A stretch of DNA of 64,000 bases from Promethearchaeati archaeon (GTDB taxonomy: Archaea > Asgardarchaeota > Heimdallarchaeia > Heimdallarchaeales > Heimdallarchaeaceae). Below, one piece after another: positions 56,098 through 64,000 of the stretch. Numbering within the stretch: position 1 is the first letter of the stretch; every line of letters begins with the position of its first letter. The stretch lies in the NCBI GenBank assembly GCA_013166775.1, contig JABLTJ010000002.1:64001-128000 (forward strand). Reading direction: 5' to 3'. Position numbers and translations under genes: made by a program. The notes under the pieces were generated by a model that had not been told where the DNA came from, searched no databases, and worked only from the letters and a program-made list of their open reading frames with translations.

Positions 56098-58596
56098 ATG
56101 AAATGGACAATATTAAATGTCTTGCTCATTATAGTTATCATAACTACTTTATACCACCCATTCTCTCAAATAATAGAGAATGATATGCCTGAGGGGCCGG
56201 AATTATCTAATACCAGAACTAAGGAGCAGTCTAATGTAATTAAAGTGGATTATATTACACAATATGAGGATTATTACAGTAATATACACAAACAACCCAA
56301 TTCATTTCAAAATATTGGAGAACCTCGTTCTGTTCAATTTTTATGGCAAAATTCTGAACAATTTCTGAATTTATTTAATCAGACAGACATTATTATTTCT
56401 GATAAAGAAGAAATGATGTATAGAGAAATATTGAATTTTTCACATATTGGAGCTCTTCCTATTATAAGTGCTGTCGAAGATTATGACCCAATCCTGTCTC
56501 CTGAAATAAATTATATCCAAAAAAGTGAGACTCTATACATGGGATTTCAAATAAATGGTTCACAAGTTGTTAAAATTAATGGATTTTGGATTTATCTTCG
56601 TGGGGAATCAGAAGGTATAATTAGATTTCAACTGTATCCTGCAAAACCTGGTGTTGAAGCAGTTACTCTTCCAAATACTACATCACCTTTAACTCAAGAA
56701 ATCGATACTCCAATATCACCAAATATTCTATTAGGAGAAGAAAGATGGATTTGGTTAGGGATAGATGAAACATTAATCCTTGATCCACTTGACACTTATG
56801 CAAATACATTTTATATTGGAATCAGTAGACCTGATCAAGATTCCTCAAAAATTAACTGGGTATGTTGTTCTGATAATTCATGGCCCGATGATAATGATGA
56901 AGGGGATGCATATGCATATACATTTGATCTCACTTATCTACAAAAAGATTTCTTTCTTAATTATTCTATTTCACCAGTATTAGATCATCCCTATCCAACA
57001 GATATCAATTTAAAGGTAAACAATACTGCAATCTCTAATCAATTAACGCCAGGAATAGGGAGATGGGATAGTGATGAATTAGTCCCTGCAATTAATATGA
57101 CAAATAATAAAATCTCTTTATCAATAACATATTCATGGCCTGATTTCTATCAATGGCAAATTAATTATGATGTTATATGGTATGGATTTTTCTACGAAAA
57201 TAGTATGGCTGATACAGAATATCAAGTATCGGTTGATCAATCCACTTCTGATTGGAGTATCTCATTTGTAGCAGATTATCCTAGTAATTCAGAAAATCAG
57301 ATGATGAATGTTAGCATAGAAAAAGAATGGACGGTTTTGTCTGTATATAGAAATACGATAAATCACACTTATTGTACGGAATCTCCTTGCAACCTATTGA
57401 TTCAGGAAGCAAGTGATGGTGTATGGGAGATTAATTGTATTTCTCAAAACAAAATTATTGAAATAGATATCTTGGATATAAAAAACAAACCAATCATTGA
57501 ATCATACTATGATGAAGTAGTAAAAATCTGCGGTAAAATCTTAGAGCCAAATGGGGAGAAAGTATCAAGTGGACGAAGCAGTCTTTATATTTATGATCCT
57601 AATGAAGTAGAAAAATATTGTGAATTAGATTGTCTGATTGATAATTCTTCTGAATACTCAGTAATTTTCTTATGGGATATCCATTCAGAATTTCAAATTG
57701 AAGGAAATTTTATAATCAATTTAATCTGGTCTAACGGAACAGAAGCAGGAATTACGAACGCCAATATTTTTATAAAAATCCCAATTCCACCCTTAAAAAG
57801 GATTTTTACTTATCTAGGTTGGTCAGGTTTAGGTGTGTTAGTCTCAGTTAGTGTACTATTTTTGATTAGACAAAGGTATTATGTCCCACAAAAAAGAGCA
57901 CATCTTCTTCGGTTGAAGACAATGATGTATGAATATCAAGATTCGATAAAATTAACTCGATTGTTAATTATTCATAAGCAATCCGGTTTATGTTTTCTGG
58001 ATCCAATGGCTGATGAAAAGAAAATTGATGCAAATCTTATGGCGGGTTTACTTCACGCCTTTTCATCTTTTGGAGGTAGTCTTTTAGAAGAACATTCTTT
58101 TATTATGGAAAAAGAAGGAGAGACTATTCTTCAACATATGAACTACAAAGACCATCATATTGTAATGTTTGATGGTCAAATTACTCGAATTGCTGCTATT
58201 TATACTAGTATTCCAAGTGAGAATATAAAGAATCAACTAAATGAATTTTCAAAGATTTTCGAAGAGCAATTTTACAATGAACTAACTAATTGGACAGGGG
58301 ACTTAGATAAATTTTCATATTCTATAAATCTTATTGAAAAGATTTTTGCTCTTTCATTTATTTTACCACACAAAGTAAAACTAATAGATTTAGATGAAAT
58401 TAATCTTAACAAATTGGAAAAGAAAATTTATAATTACAGTTCGAAACTAAAGGAAACTAAAAATTATTTTTATTTGGAAGATCTTCTTAATAATTACAAT
58501 GATAAAAAAGAAAAAAAAGTTCTATATGCATTAGAAGCGATTATCTCTCTACGGCAGAAGGGAATCCTCTTCTCATATAATATTGAAAAAGAATAA
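56098..58596 (+). CDS. single-pass surface protein with cytoplasmic longin + winged-helix-like domain
   Basis: Signal peptide, beta-rich ectodomain, TM YLGWSGLGVLV..., then LLIIHKQSGLC...DANLMAGLLHAFSSFG longin pattern and C-terminal AIISLRQKGIL. Confidence 0.75.
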   Translation: MKWTILNVLLIIVIITTLYHPFSQIIENDMPEGPELSNTRTKEQSNVIKVDYITQYEDYYSNIHKQPNSFQNIGEPRSVQFLWQNSEQFLNLFNQTDIIISDKEEMMYREILNFSHIGALPIISAVEDYDPILSPEINYIQKSETLYMGFQINGSQVVKINGFWIYLRGESEGIIRFQLYPAKPGVEAVTLPNTTSPLTQEIDTPISPNILLGEERWIWLGIDETLILDPLDTYANTFYIGISRPDQDSSKINWVCCSDNSWPDDNDEGDAYAYTFDLTYLQKDFFLNYSISPVLDHPYPTDINLKVNNTAISNQLTPGIGRWDSDELVPAINMTNNKISLSITYSWPDFYQWQINYDVIWYGFFYENSMADTEYQVSVDQSTSDWSISFVADYPSNSENQMMNVSIEKEWTVLSVYRNTINHTYCTESPCNLLIQEASDGVWEINCISQNKIIEIDILDIKNKPIIESYYDEVVKICGKILEPNGEKVSSGRSSLYIYDPNEVEKYCELDCLIDNSSEYSVIFLWDIHSEFQIEGNFIINLIWSNGTEAGITNANIFIKIPIPPLKRIFTYLGWSGLGVLVSVSVLFLIRQRYYVPQKRAHLLRLKTMMYEYQDSIKLTRLLIIHKQSGLCFLDPMADEKKIDANLMAGLLHAFSSFGGSLLEEHSFIMEKEGETILQHMNYKDHHIVMFDGQITRIAAIYTSIPSENIKNQLNEFSKIFEEQFYNELTNWTGDLDKFSYSINLIEKIFALSFILPHKVKLIDLDEINLNKLEKKIYNYSSKLKETKNYFYLEDLLNNYNDKKEKKVLYALEAIISLRQKGILFSYNIEKE

Positions 58597-58786
58597 AGAA
58601 ATTCATACTCTACAAAAACTTAAAAAATAATATTTAGTGATTTCGGTTCTCCGCAGTTTAAGAAGTTATGATTTTTCAAAAGAATTGTTTAATGATGAAT
58701 TAGTTTAGGTTTAGCAATATTATTCAGTTTTCTGAGAGAGATGGAATTTTTTATTGCTTTGAACTGCAGATAATATTTTCAAATAA

Positions 58787-59800
58787 TTATTTTTTGATGT
58801 ATCTAAAATATACTAAACAAGCTATAGTTACAATAAATAAACTACTTCCGATTATAATGGCTGTCACTATCCACCCTTCTCCTGTAACTTCCTCAGGATT
58901 GGATAAAGCCAAGAGATTATACTCAATCATGTCAATATATGTGCTGATATCATTAATTCCTAAGAGTGGAGTTAATTTAGCTAGTTTTGCATTAGTATCA
59001 CGAGCAATCTGTATTATCATTTTCTCTTCGATTTGAGGTTGAGTAATTATGATGGAAACATTCTCTGCAATCATTGTATCAATTATTTCTCCTATATGTT
59101 GAGCTGAAGGTTCAGATCCCTCATGTTCCTCAATAACACCTACTCTTTCAATCCCTAATAAATCTAGAAGATACATAAAGGAAGGATGGTGAACTACAAC
59201 TTTCAAACCTTCAAATTGATTTTCGTTATCAATCATTGTGATTAAATCATCTAATTCAGATAGATAATCATCTCTGTTTGATTCATATTCAGCTTGATGT
59301 TCAAAATCTAATAAGATTACTTCATTTGTTATTTTTTGCACAAAGGTTTTCGTTATAATTGGACTCATCCATAGATGTGGATTTGGATCACTTGTTACAG
59401 GATCTATTGTCATCATTTCATCGGTTGCTAAATATAATACATTTAAATTATGATTATCTGGTAAAACCTGCTCAGCCCAAGGTTCTAATCCTTCTACTCC
59501 AAAAATGATGAAGAGATCAGAATTTTCTATCATATGAATATCGCTTCCTAATAATTCAAATGTATGAGGATCTTCACCTCCAGTCACAACTGAAGTTGGA
59601 ATAAATAATCCTTCACCAATCTCTCCTACCCAGTCAGCAATAATTGATATTGAGGTTACAACTTTGATTTCCCCAGAAAGTTGTTTAGAGATTATTGAAC
59701 CATCAATTGAATTTGATATAGGACTGCTTAGAAAAGCAAATGAAGATAGTAAAATAAGAAAAAACACTAGATTTTGATTCTTCCTTGTTGGATACTTCAT
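58787..59800 (-). CDS. znuA: Zn/Mn ABC substrate-binding protein (ZnuA-like), C-terminal anchor
   Basis: EDPHTFE, NPHLWMSP, VHHPSF.Y, EPSAQH. Confidence 0.9.
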   Translation of the reverse strand: MKYPTRKNQNLVFFLILLSSFAFLSSPISNSIDGSIISKQLSGEIKVVTSISIIADWVGEIGEGLFIPTSVVTGGEDPHTFELLGSDIHMIENSDLFIIFGVEGLEPWAEQVLPDNHNLNVLYLATDEMMTIDPVTSDPNPHLWMSPIITKTFVQKITNEVILLDFEHQAEYESNRDDYLSELDDLITMIDNENQFEGLKVVVHHPSFMYLLDLLGIERVGVIEEHEGSEPSAQHIGEIIDTMIAENVSIIITQPQIEEKMIIQIARDTNAKLAKLTPLLGINDISTYIDMIEYNLLALSNPEEVTGEGWIVTAIIIGSSLFIVTIACLVYFRYIKK

Positions 59801-59884
59801 CTTAAATAGATAACATGGAACACATTTATTATTTTTTGTAAATGCACAAAAAAGATATAGAGCTAAAAGATAAATGATATTTGT

Positions 59885-60904
59885 ATGTCATCATTTCTTG
59901 ATTTCTTCTTAGCGATTGGAGAAGGTTTCATGCTTAAAGCTTTAGCAACAGCATTAATTATAGGAGTTTTGGGAGGAACAATAGGTGTCTTTGTTCTCCT
60001 AAAAGGGATGGTTTTCTTGGGGGAAGCAATCGCTCATTCAGCATTCGCAGGAGCTGCCTTAGGAATTCTACTTGGGATTGACCCTTTAATTACAATAATC
60101 GCATTTGGATTACTAGCCTCTCTTGGTGTCGGTTATGTGAATGAGAAGAAAGTAATGAAAGATGAGGTCATTATCGGAATCGTATTTACAAGTTTCATGG
60201 CTCTCGCGATTCTATTCATAGGTCTGATGCCATTCTATTCCACAAATGTAACTTCGATTCTATTTGGGAATATCTTCTCTGTTTCAAGTGAAAATCTAAT
60301 AATTCTAGTTTTCCTAGCTGCAGCAGTTCTCCTAATATTATTCGGATTGAAGAAGGAGCTATATTTCATGACCTTTAATCCTGAAATGGCTTCTATAGTA
60401 GGTATTCCTGTAAAATTCATAAATTATCTGTTTCTAGCTCTTATGGCTATTACCATAGATATATCCCTTCAAGCAGTAGGAGCAATTCTTGTGTTTGCTA
60501 TGATTATCACTCCAGCAGCAGCTGCTTATCAATGGACCTTTAAACTCAAAAAAATGTTATTTTTGGCAAGTCTTTTTGGAGTTCTTTCTGGTTTCATTGG
60601 TGTATTTTTCTCTTACATCTGGGACTTCCCATCAGGATCAACAATTGTTGGAGTTGCCACATTAATATTCATAGTATCTTTTATTGCATCCCCTAAAAGA
60701 AGAAAATCAGGAACAGGTCATGTAGTAGCAGATTGTGAGTATTGCTCAAGAACTATAGATGGGAGACAATACTGTATTGAAGAAAACTGTGTAGCACAAG
60801 ATATACCTCATAAACACGATGAGAAAGGATTGATTATTTACAAAACTGATCTACATAAGAAGAAGATTCCTTCAAAGCATAAGCATGAGGAGGAGGGGGA
60901 TTAA
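59885..60904 (+). CDS. znuB: Zn/Mn ABC permease (ZnuB-like) with Cys/His-rich tail
   Basis: GEAIAHSAFAG, LFGNI, VGAILV.A..ITPAAAA, PSG.TIV. Confidence 0.92.
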   Translation: MSSFLDFFLAIGEGFMLKALATALIIGVLGGTIGVFVLLKGMVFLGEAIAHSAFAGAALGILLGIDPLITIIAFGLLASLGVGYVNEKKVMKDEVIIGIVFTSFMALAILFIGLMPFYSTNVTSILFGNIFSVSSENLIILVFLAAAVLLILFGLKKELYFMTFNPEMASIVGIPVKFINYLFLALMAITIDISLQAVGAILVFAMIITPAAAAYQWTFKLKKMLFLASLFGVLSGFIGVFFSYIWDFPSGSTIVGVATLIFIVSFIASPKRRKSGTGHVVADCEYCSRTIDGRQYCIEENCVAQDIPHKHDEKGLIIYKTDLHKKKIPSKHKHEEEGD

Positions 60905-60905
60905 A

Positions 60906-61646
60906 TTGAATTCAAAATCAACAAAAGATATTATCATCTGTTTGAAAGATGTTAATGTAGTATACGGTAATTTAGCAGTTCTTTATGATATCAATTTTGA
61001 TGTTCATAAAGGAGATTTCATAGGAATTTGTGGTCCTAATGGATCTGGAAAAACAACACTTCTAAAAACTATGATTGGGTTGATTGAACCAATCACAGGA
61101 GATGTAAAGCTTTTTGGAAAAGATGTAAAAAATAATATCCCTAAGGAAACAAGATTTAGATTTGGTTATGTTCCTCAAATCACAGAGATTGATCGTAATT
61201 TTCCAGCGTTAGTAAGAGACGTTGTAGAAATGGGCAGATATGCAAAAGCAGGATTAGTAAAATCCCTTACTAAAGAAGATAAAGAAAAAGCTATGAATGC
61301 TTTAGAACTAGTAGAGATGGATTATGCAGCAGATAGACCTATTGGTCATCTCAGTGGAGGACAACAGCAACGAGTTTTAATTGCACAAGCTCTGGCAGCT
61401 GAAGCTGAAGTCTTACTACTGGATGAATTTGATGCGTCACTTGATTTTAGGATGTCTGAAGAGATTATGGAACTCTTAGATTATCTGAAATTCACTCATA
61501 AAATAACTATTGTTACAGTTGGTCATAATTTAGAACTATTGAGAGCTTATTGTAATAGGATTGTTTGTATAAACAAAATGATAGCTTTTGATGGTGAACC
61601 AAAAGATTCAGAATTAGATTCAGCAATTAACAGAATTTTTCATTAG
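60906..61646 (+). CDS. znuC: Zn/Mn ABC ATP-binding protein (ZnuC-like)
   Basis: GPNGSGKTT, GYVPQ, LSGGQQQR, LLLDE; TTG 60906 after a G-rich SD. Confidence 0.92.
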   Translation: MNSKSTKDIIICLKDVNVVYGNLAVLYDINFDVHKGDFIGICGPNGSGKTTLLKTMIGLIEPITGDVKLFGKDVKNNIPKETRFRFGYVPQITEIDRNFPALVRDVVEMGRYAKAGLVKSLTKEDKEKAMNALELVEMDYAADRPIGHLSGGQQQRVLIAQALAAEAEVLLLDEFDASLDFRMSEEIMELLDYLKFTHKITIVTVGHNLELLRAYCNRIVCINKMIAFDGEPKDSELDSAINRIFH

Positions 61647-61710
61647 AGGTATATTATCTCAATTAAAAAGTAATAGGGAATAATTGAACCTCAAGAGTTT
61701 ATTGTGGTTA

Positions 61711-62016
61711 CTATTTCGCTGTTTTTCGTTTAAGAACTATATCGATAGTCGAAACTGTTTTCATTCCATATTCGCCTTCAAGTTCTTCAGAACCGATATT
61801 TACTGTATCAATTTCAATGATCTCAGGTAAGAATCTTCTAGATGAAATTTCAGCAACGTCTACCGCTTTACTAATAGATCTGCCACGAGCACGAATAGTA
61901 CAAACGTTTTCCCCCTTGTTGAAGATTGTGACAATAACAAGGCAATAGTTCATTGTACCTTTTCTACCGATGTAGACAGCATTTTTCTCTTCTTTAGACA
62001 TGTTGTTCTTCTCCAT
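61711..62016 (-). CDS. albA: DNA/RNA-binding protein Alba
   Basis: VYIGRKGTMNY, ARGRSISKAVDVAEI, VSTIDIVL. Confidence 0.95.
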   Translation of the reverse strand: MEKNNMSKEEKNAVYIGRKGTMNYCLVIVTIFNKGENVCTIRARGRSISKAVDVAEISSRRFLPEIIEIDTVNIGSEELEGEYGMKTVSTIDIVLKRKTAK

Positions 62017-62131
62017 TTTTTGAAAGAGGTAAATGACATAATAGTATCTACTCTTTTAAATCTTATTTTTCAATATAAAGTTTAAAAGAAAAAACTGTTG
62101 TCTAATAAAATGAAAGATATAGTATTTCTTT

Positions 62132-63145
62132 TTATTTTTGTTTAATTCTCTTTATCTTACGCTCTTTGAATGATTCTTCAAAATCTTGGTAATATAGTGA
62201 TTCTTCATAATCATAAGTGTATTCTCTATCTTTAGGAACAATTATTCGAATAGCATCATCAATTCTTTCCATTTCTGCTCTCAAACCTGTCTCATTGAAA
62301 ACTTCTCCTTCTGAAGTCCAACAAAGAGGTTCTTCATCTGTTTCTACAACAAGCTTCTTTCCTCTAGAAAGCCAAATTCCTCTCATACCAACATGATTTC
62401 CAGAACTAGCTTTTAGTAGCATCTTTAATCTTCTTAATCCACGCATTCCATGAGCTATAACTATTCCCAGATCTTTGTTTTTTTGAGAGAAATAAGGATT
62501 ACCTGGAAGGACTTCATATCCAGCAATAACATCACCTACAGCTGCAAAAGCATTTGTTAAATCTTCAATTCTTATAGGTTCTTTGTCATCTATGGTTATT
62601 GTACCTGCTAGATTCTTAAACTTAAGAACATATTTTACTGCAAGATAGTTGTATTTTATAACTCCTACTTTCATCCATTTCATTTCAGATTGAGAGGCTG
62701 CTGCAGCTTTTGCTGTAAATCCTCCATCAGCCATATCTAAAGCATAATAGCTATAATCGCCTGTACATTTAATTGCGGGAAAATTACCTACGTGACCCTC
62801 TGCAAATATTTCCAAACTGCTTTCTAAGTCGTATGGAATGGAGTGAGTTCTATGAATATCACACATAGAACCAGCAGATAGTAATCCTAGCGTTACATCA
62901 GGATGGTTTACAACAACATCTCCTATGTTCGTTGCTGTTCCATCTCCTCCGAGAGCTACAATAGTCCTGTATCCTTCACTGATTGCTTTTAAAGCAAGGT
63001 CAACTTCATGACGAGGTTTTTCAGTAAGTATATATTCAAAATCCCCAACATAGCTTCTTGTAATATTAAGAATCTTTTCTAAATTCTTCCCTAATCTTCC
63101 AGAATTGGCATTTGGGTTAATAATAACAAAAGGTTCCTTGCTCAT
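62132..63145 (-). CDS. diacylglycerol/lipid kinase-family protein
   Basis: IINPNANSG, LGGDGT, AGS.CD, EGE. Confidence 0.88.
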   Translation of the reverse strand: MSKEPFVIINPNANSGRLGKNLEKILNITRSYVGDFEYILTEKPRHEVDLALKAISEGYRTIVALGGDGTATNIGDVVVNHPDVTLGLLSAGSMCDIHRTHSIPYDLESSLEIFAEGHVGNFPAIKCTGDYSYYALDMADGGFTAKAAAASQSEMKWMKVGVIKYNYLAVKYVLKFKNLAGTITIDDKEPIRIEDLTNAFAAVGDVIAGYEVLPGNPYFSQKNKDLGIVIAHGMRGLRRLKMLLKASSGNHVGMRGIWLSRGKKLVVETDEEPLCWTSEGEVFNETGLRAEMERIDDAIRIIVPKDREYTYDYEESLYYQDFEESFKERKIKRIKQK

Positions 63146-63247
63146 TGATTGTAGAATTTTTGGCTTATTTATAAAATTAGTCTACTTTTGAACTAAAAAC
63201 TTATTTCATTGAATTACACAAGAAATAGATAGGTTTTAAAATCTGGG

Positions 63248-63589
63248 GTGACTAAGAAGAATAGTGATAAAATGATTTGTCCCAAATGTGGAACTGTAAA
63301 TGCTGATAATGCAAGATTTTGCGGAAAATGTGGTAGAGAACTAGATGTTCAACCAGAGCAACCAGCTCAACAGCAAGTAGAACAAAAAAAATCTAGAAAA
63401 TTTGTCAGATGCGCAAATGATAAACAACTCGGAGGAATATGTTCAGGTTTTGCCAAATATATTGATGCTGATGTCAGTTTAGTGAGAATTTTAACTCTCG
63501 TTAGTTTTCTAATATCTGGATCATTTACTTTCTGGGCTTATATTCTCTGCTGGATTATTGTGCCAGAAGAGGAATGTGATCAAAGATAA
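63248..63589 (+). CDS. zinc-ribbon + PspC domain membrane protein
   Basis: CPKCG..N...ARFCGKCG; R...DKQLGGICSGFAKY.D.DVSLVR...YI..WII.PEE. Confidence 0.9.
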   Translation: MTKKNSDKMICPKCGTVNADNARFCGKCGRELDVQPEQPAQQQVEQKKSRKFVRCANDKQLGGICSGFAKYIDADVSLVRILTLVSFLISGSFTFWAYILCWIIVPEEECDQR

Positions 63590-63597
63590 GCCCTTCC

Positions 63598-64000
63598 TTA
63601 TTTTTCTTTGAAAAATTCTTCTAATTTACTATCTTTTGATCGTTTAATTAATGGAAAGATTTCTTCCCACTTAATCACCTTAAATACAAGTTTATGATTA
63701 GTTAAATATTCCGAGACCTTTACAGGAAAATCTGGAGCAACTAATATTCCCTTAACTTCCTTTTTTTCTTTTTCTTGAAAAAATTCGATATAACGCTTTA
63801 ATTGATGAGCATCTTGAGGTGTAGCTTTTCGTTTCTTTACTTCAACTATTGTTTCTCCTTCTTTTCCAATCCCGCGTATGTCAACTGGACCAACATCTGT
63901 GTTATATTCAGTTTTAAGAACCTGAAAACCAGGTTCGATAAGTTCGGGATTAGAAACTAGATACTTAACTAAATCACTCTCATCACCATAGATTTCCAAT
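63598..64000 (-). CDS. nucS: endonuclease NucS/EndoMS, C-terminal part (runs off the right edge)
   Basis: ESDL...NPELIEPGF...EY.T.VGPVDI...VEVKKR...QLKRY...GILVAP. Confidence 0.88.
   Translation of the reverse strand, partial: LEIYGDESDLVKYLVSNPELIEPGFQVLKTEYNTDVGPVDIRGIGKEGETIVEVKKRKATPQDAHQLKRYIEFFQEKEKKEVKGILVAPDFPVKVSEYLTNHKLVFKVIKWEEIFPLIKRSKDSKLEEFFKEK

Overview
AT-rich archaeal chromosomal segment, most likely an Asgard archaeon of Heimdallarchaeia type. The basis is archaeal housekeeping genes (Alba, tRNA-intron endonuclease, NucS, eL33) together with many eukaryotic-signature proteins. I saw no rRNA, tRNA, CRISPR array or mobile element. Two small-GTPase modules stand out. (1) 37.4-51.1 kb: two convergent Rag/Gtr-like GTPases, an atypical GTPase, and two tandem ~1590-aa single-pass Ig-repeat surface proteins. 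Their cytoplasmic tails look like folliculin/SMCR8-type uDENN-longin domains with the 'ARG' arginine-finger motif intact, making them candidate receptor-GAPs for Rag GTPases. (2) 15.5-18.3 kb: an operon with a Sar1-like (DLGGH) GTPase-roadblock, a G3-degenerate Arf-like GTPase-longin and a uDENN-longin/gelsolin fusion. Other notable items: a P2-type ATPase with a flippase-like PISI motif, a CTL/SLC44-like transporter, an eL33 fused to HhH and H1-like repeats, two circularly permuted family-5 solute-binding proteins, an HdrD/GlcD/lipoyl-carrier operon, a membrane-anchored HEPN protein, two genes apparently starting at ACG/ATT, and one pseudogene. All family calls are by-eye motif recognition; eukaryotic reference motifs are recalled from memory, not searched.
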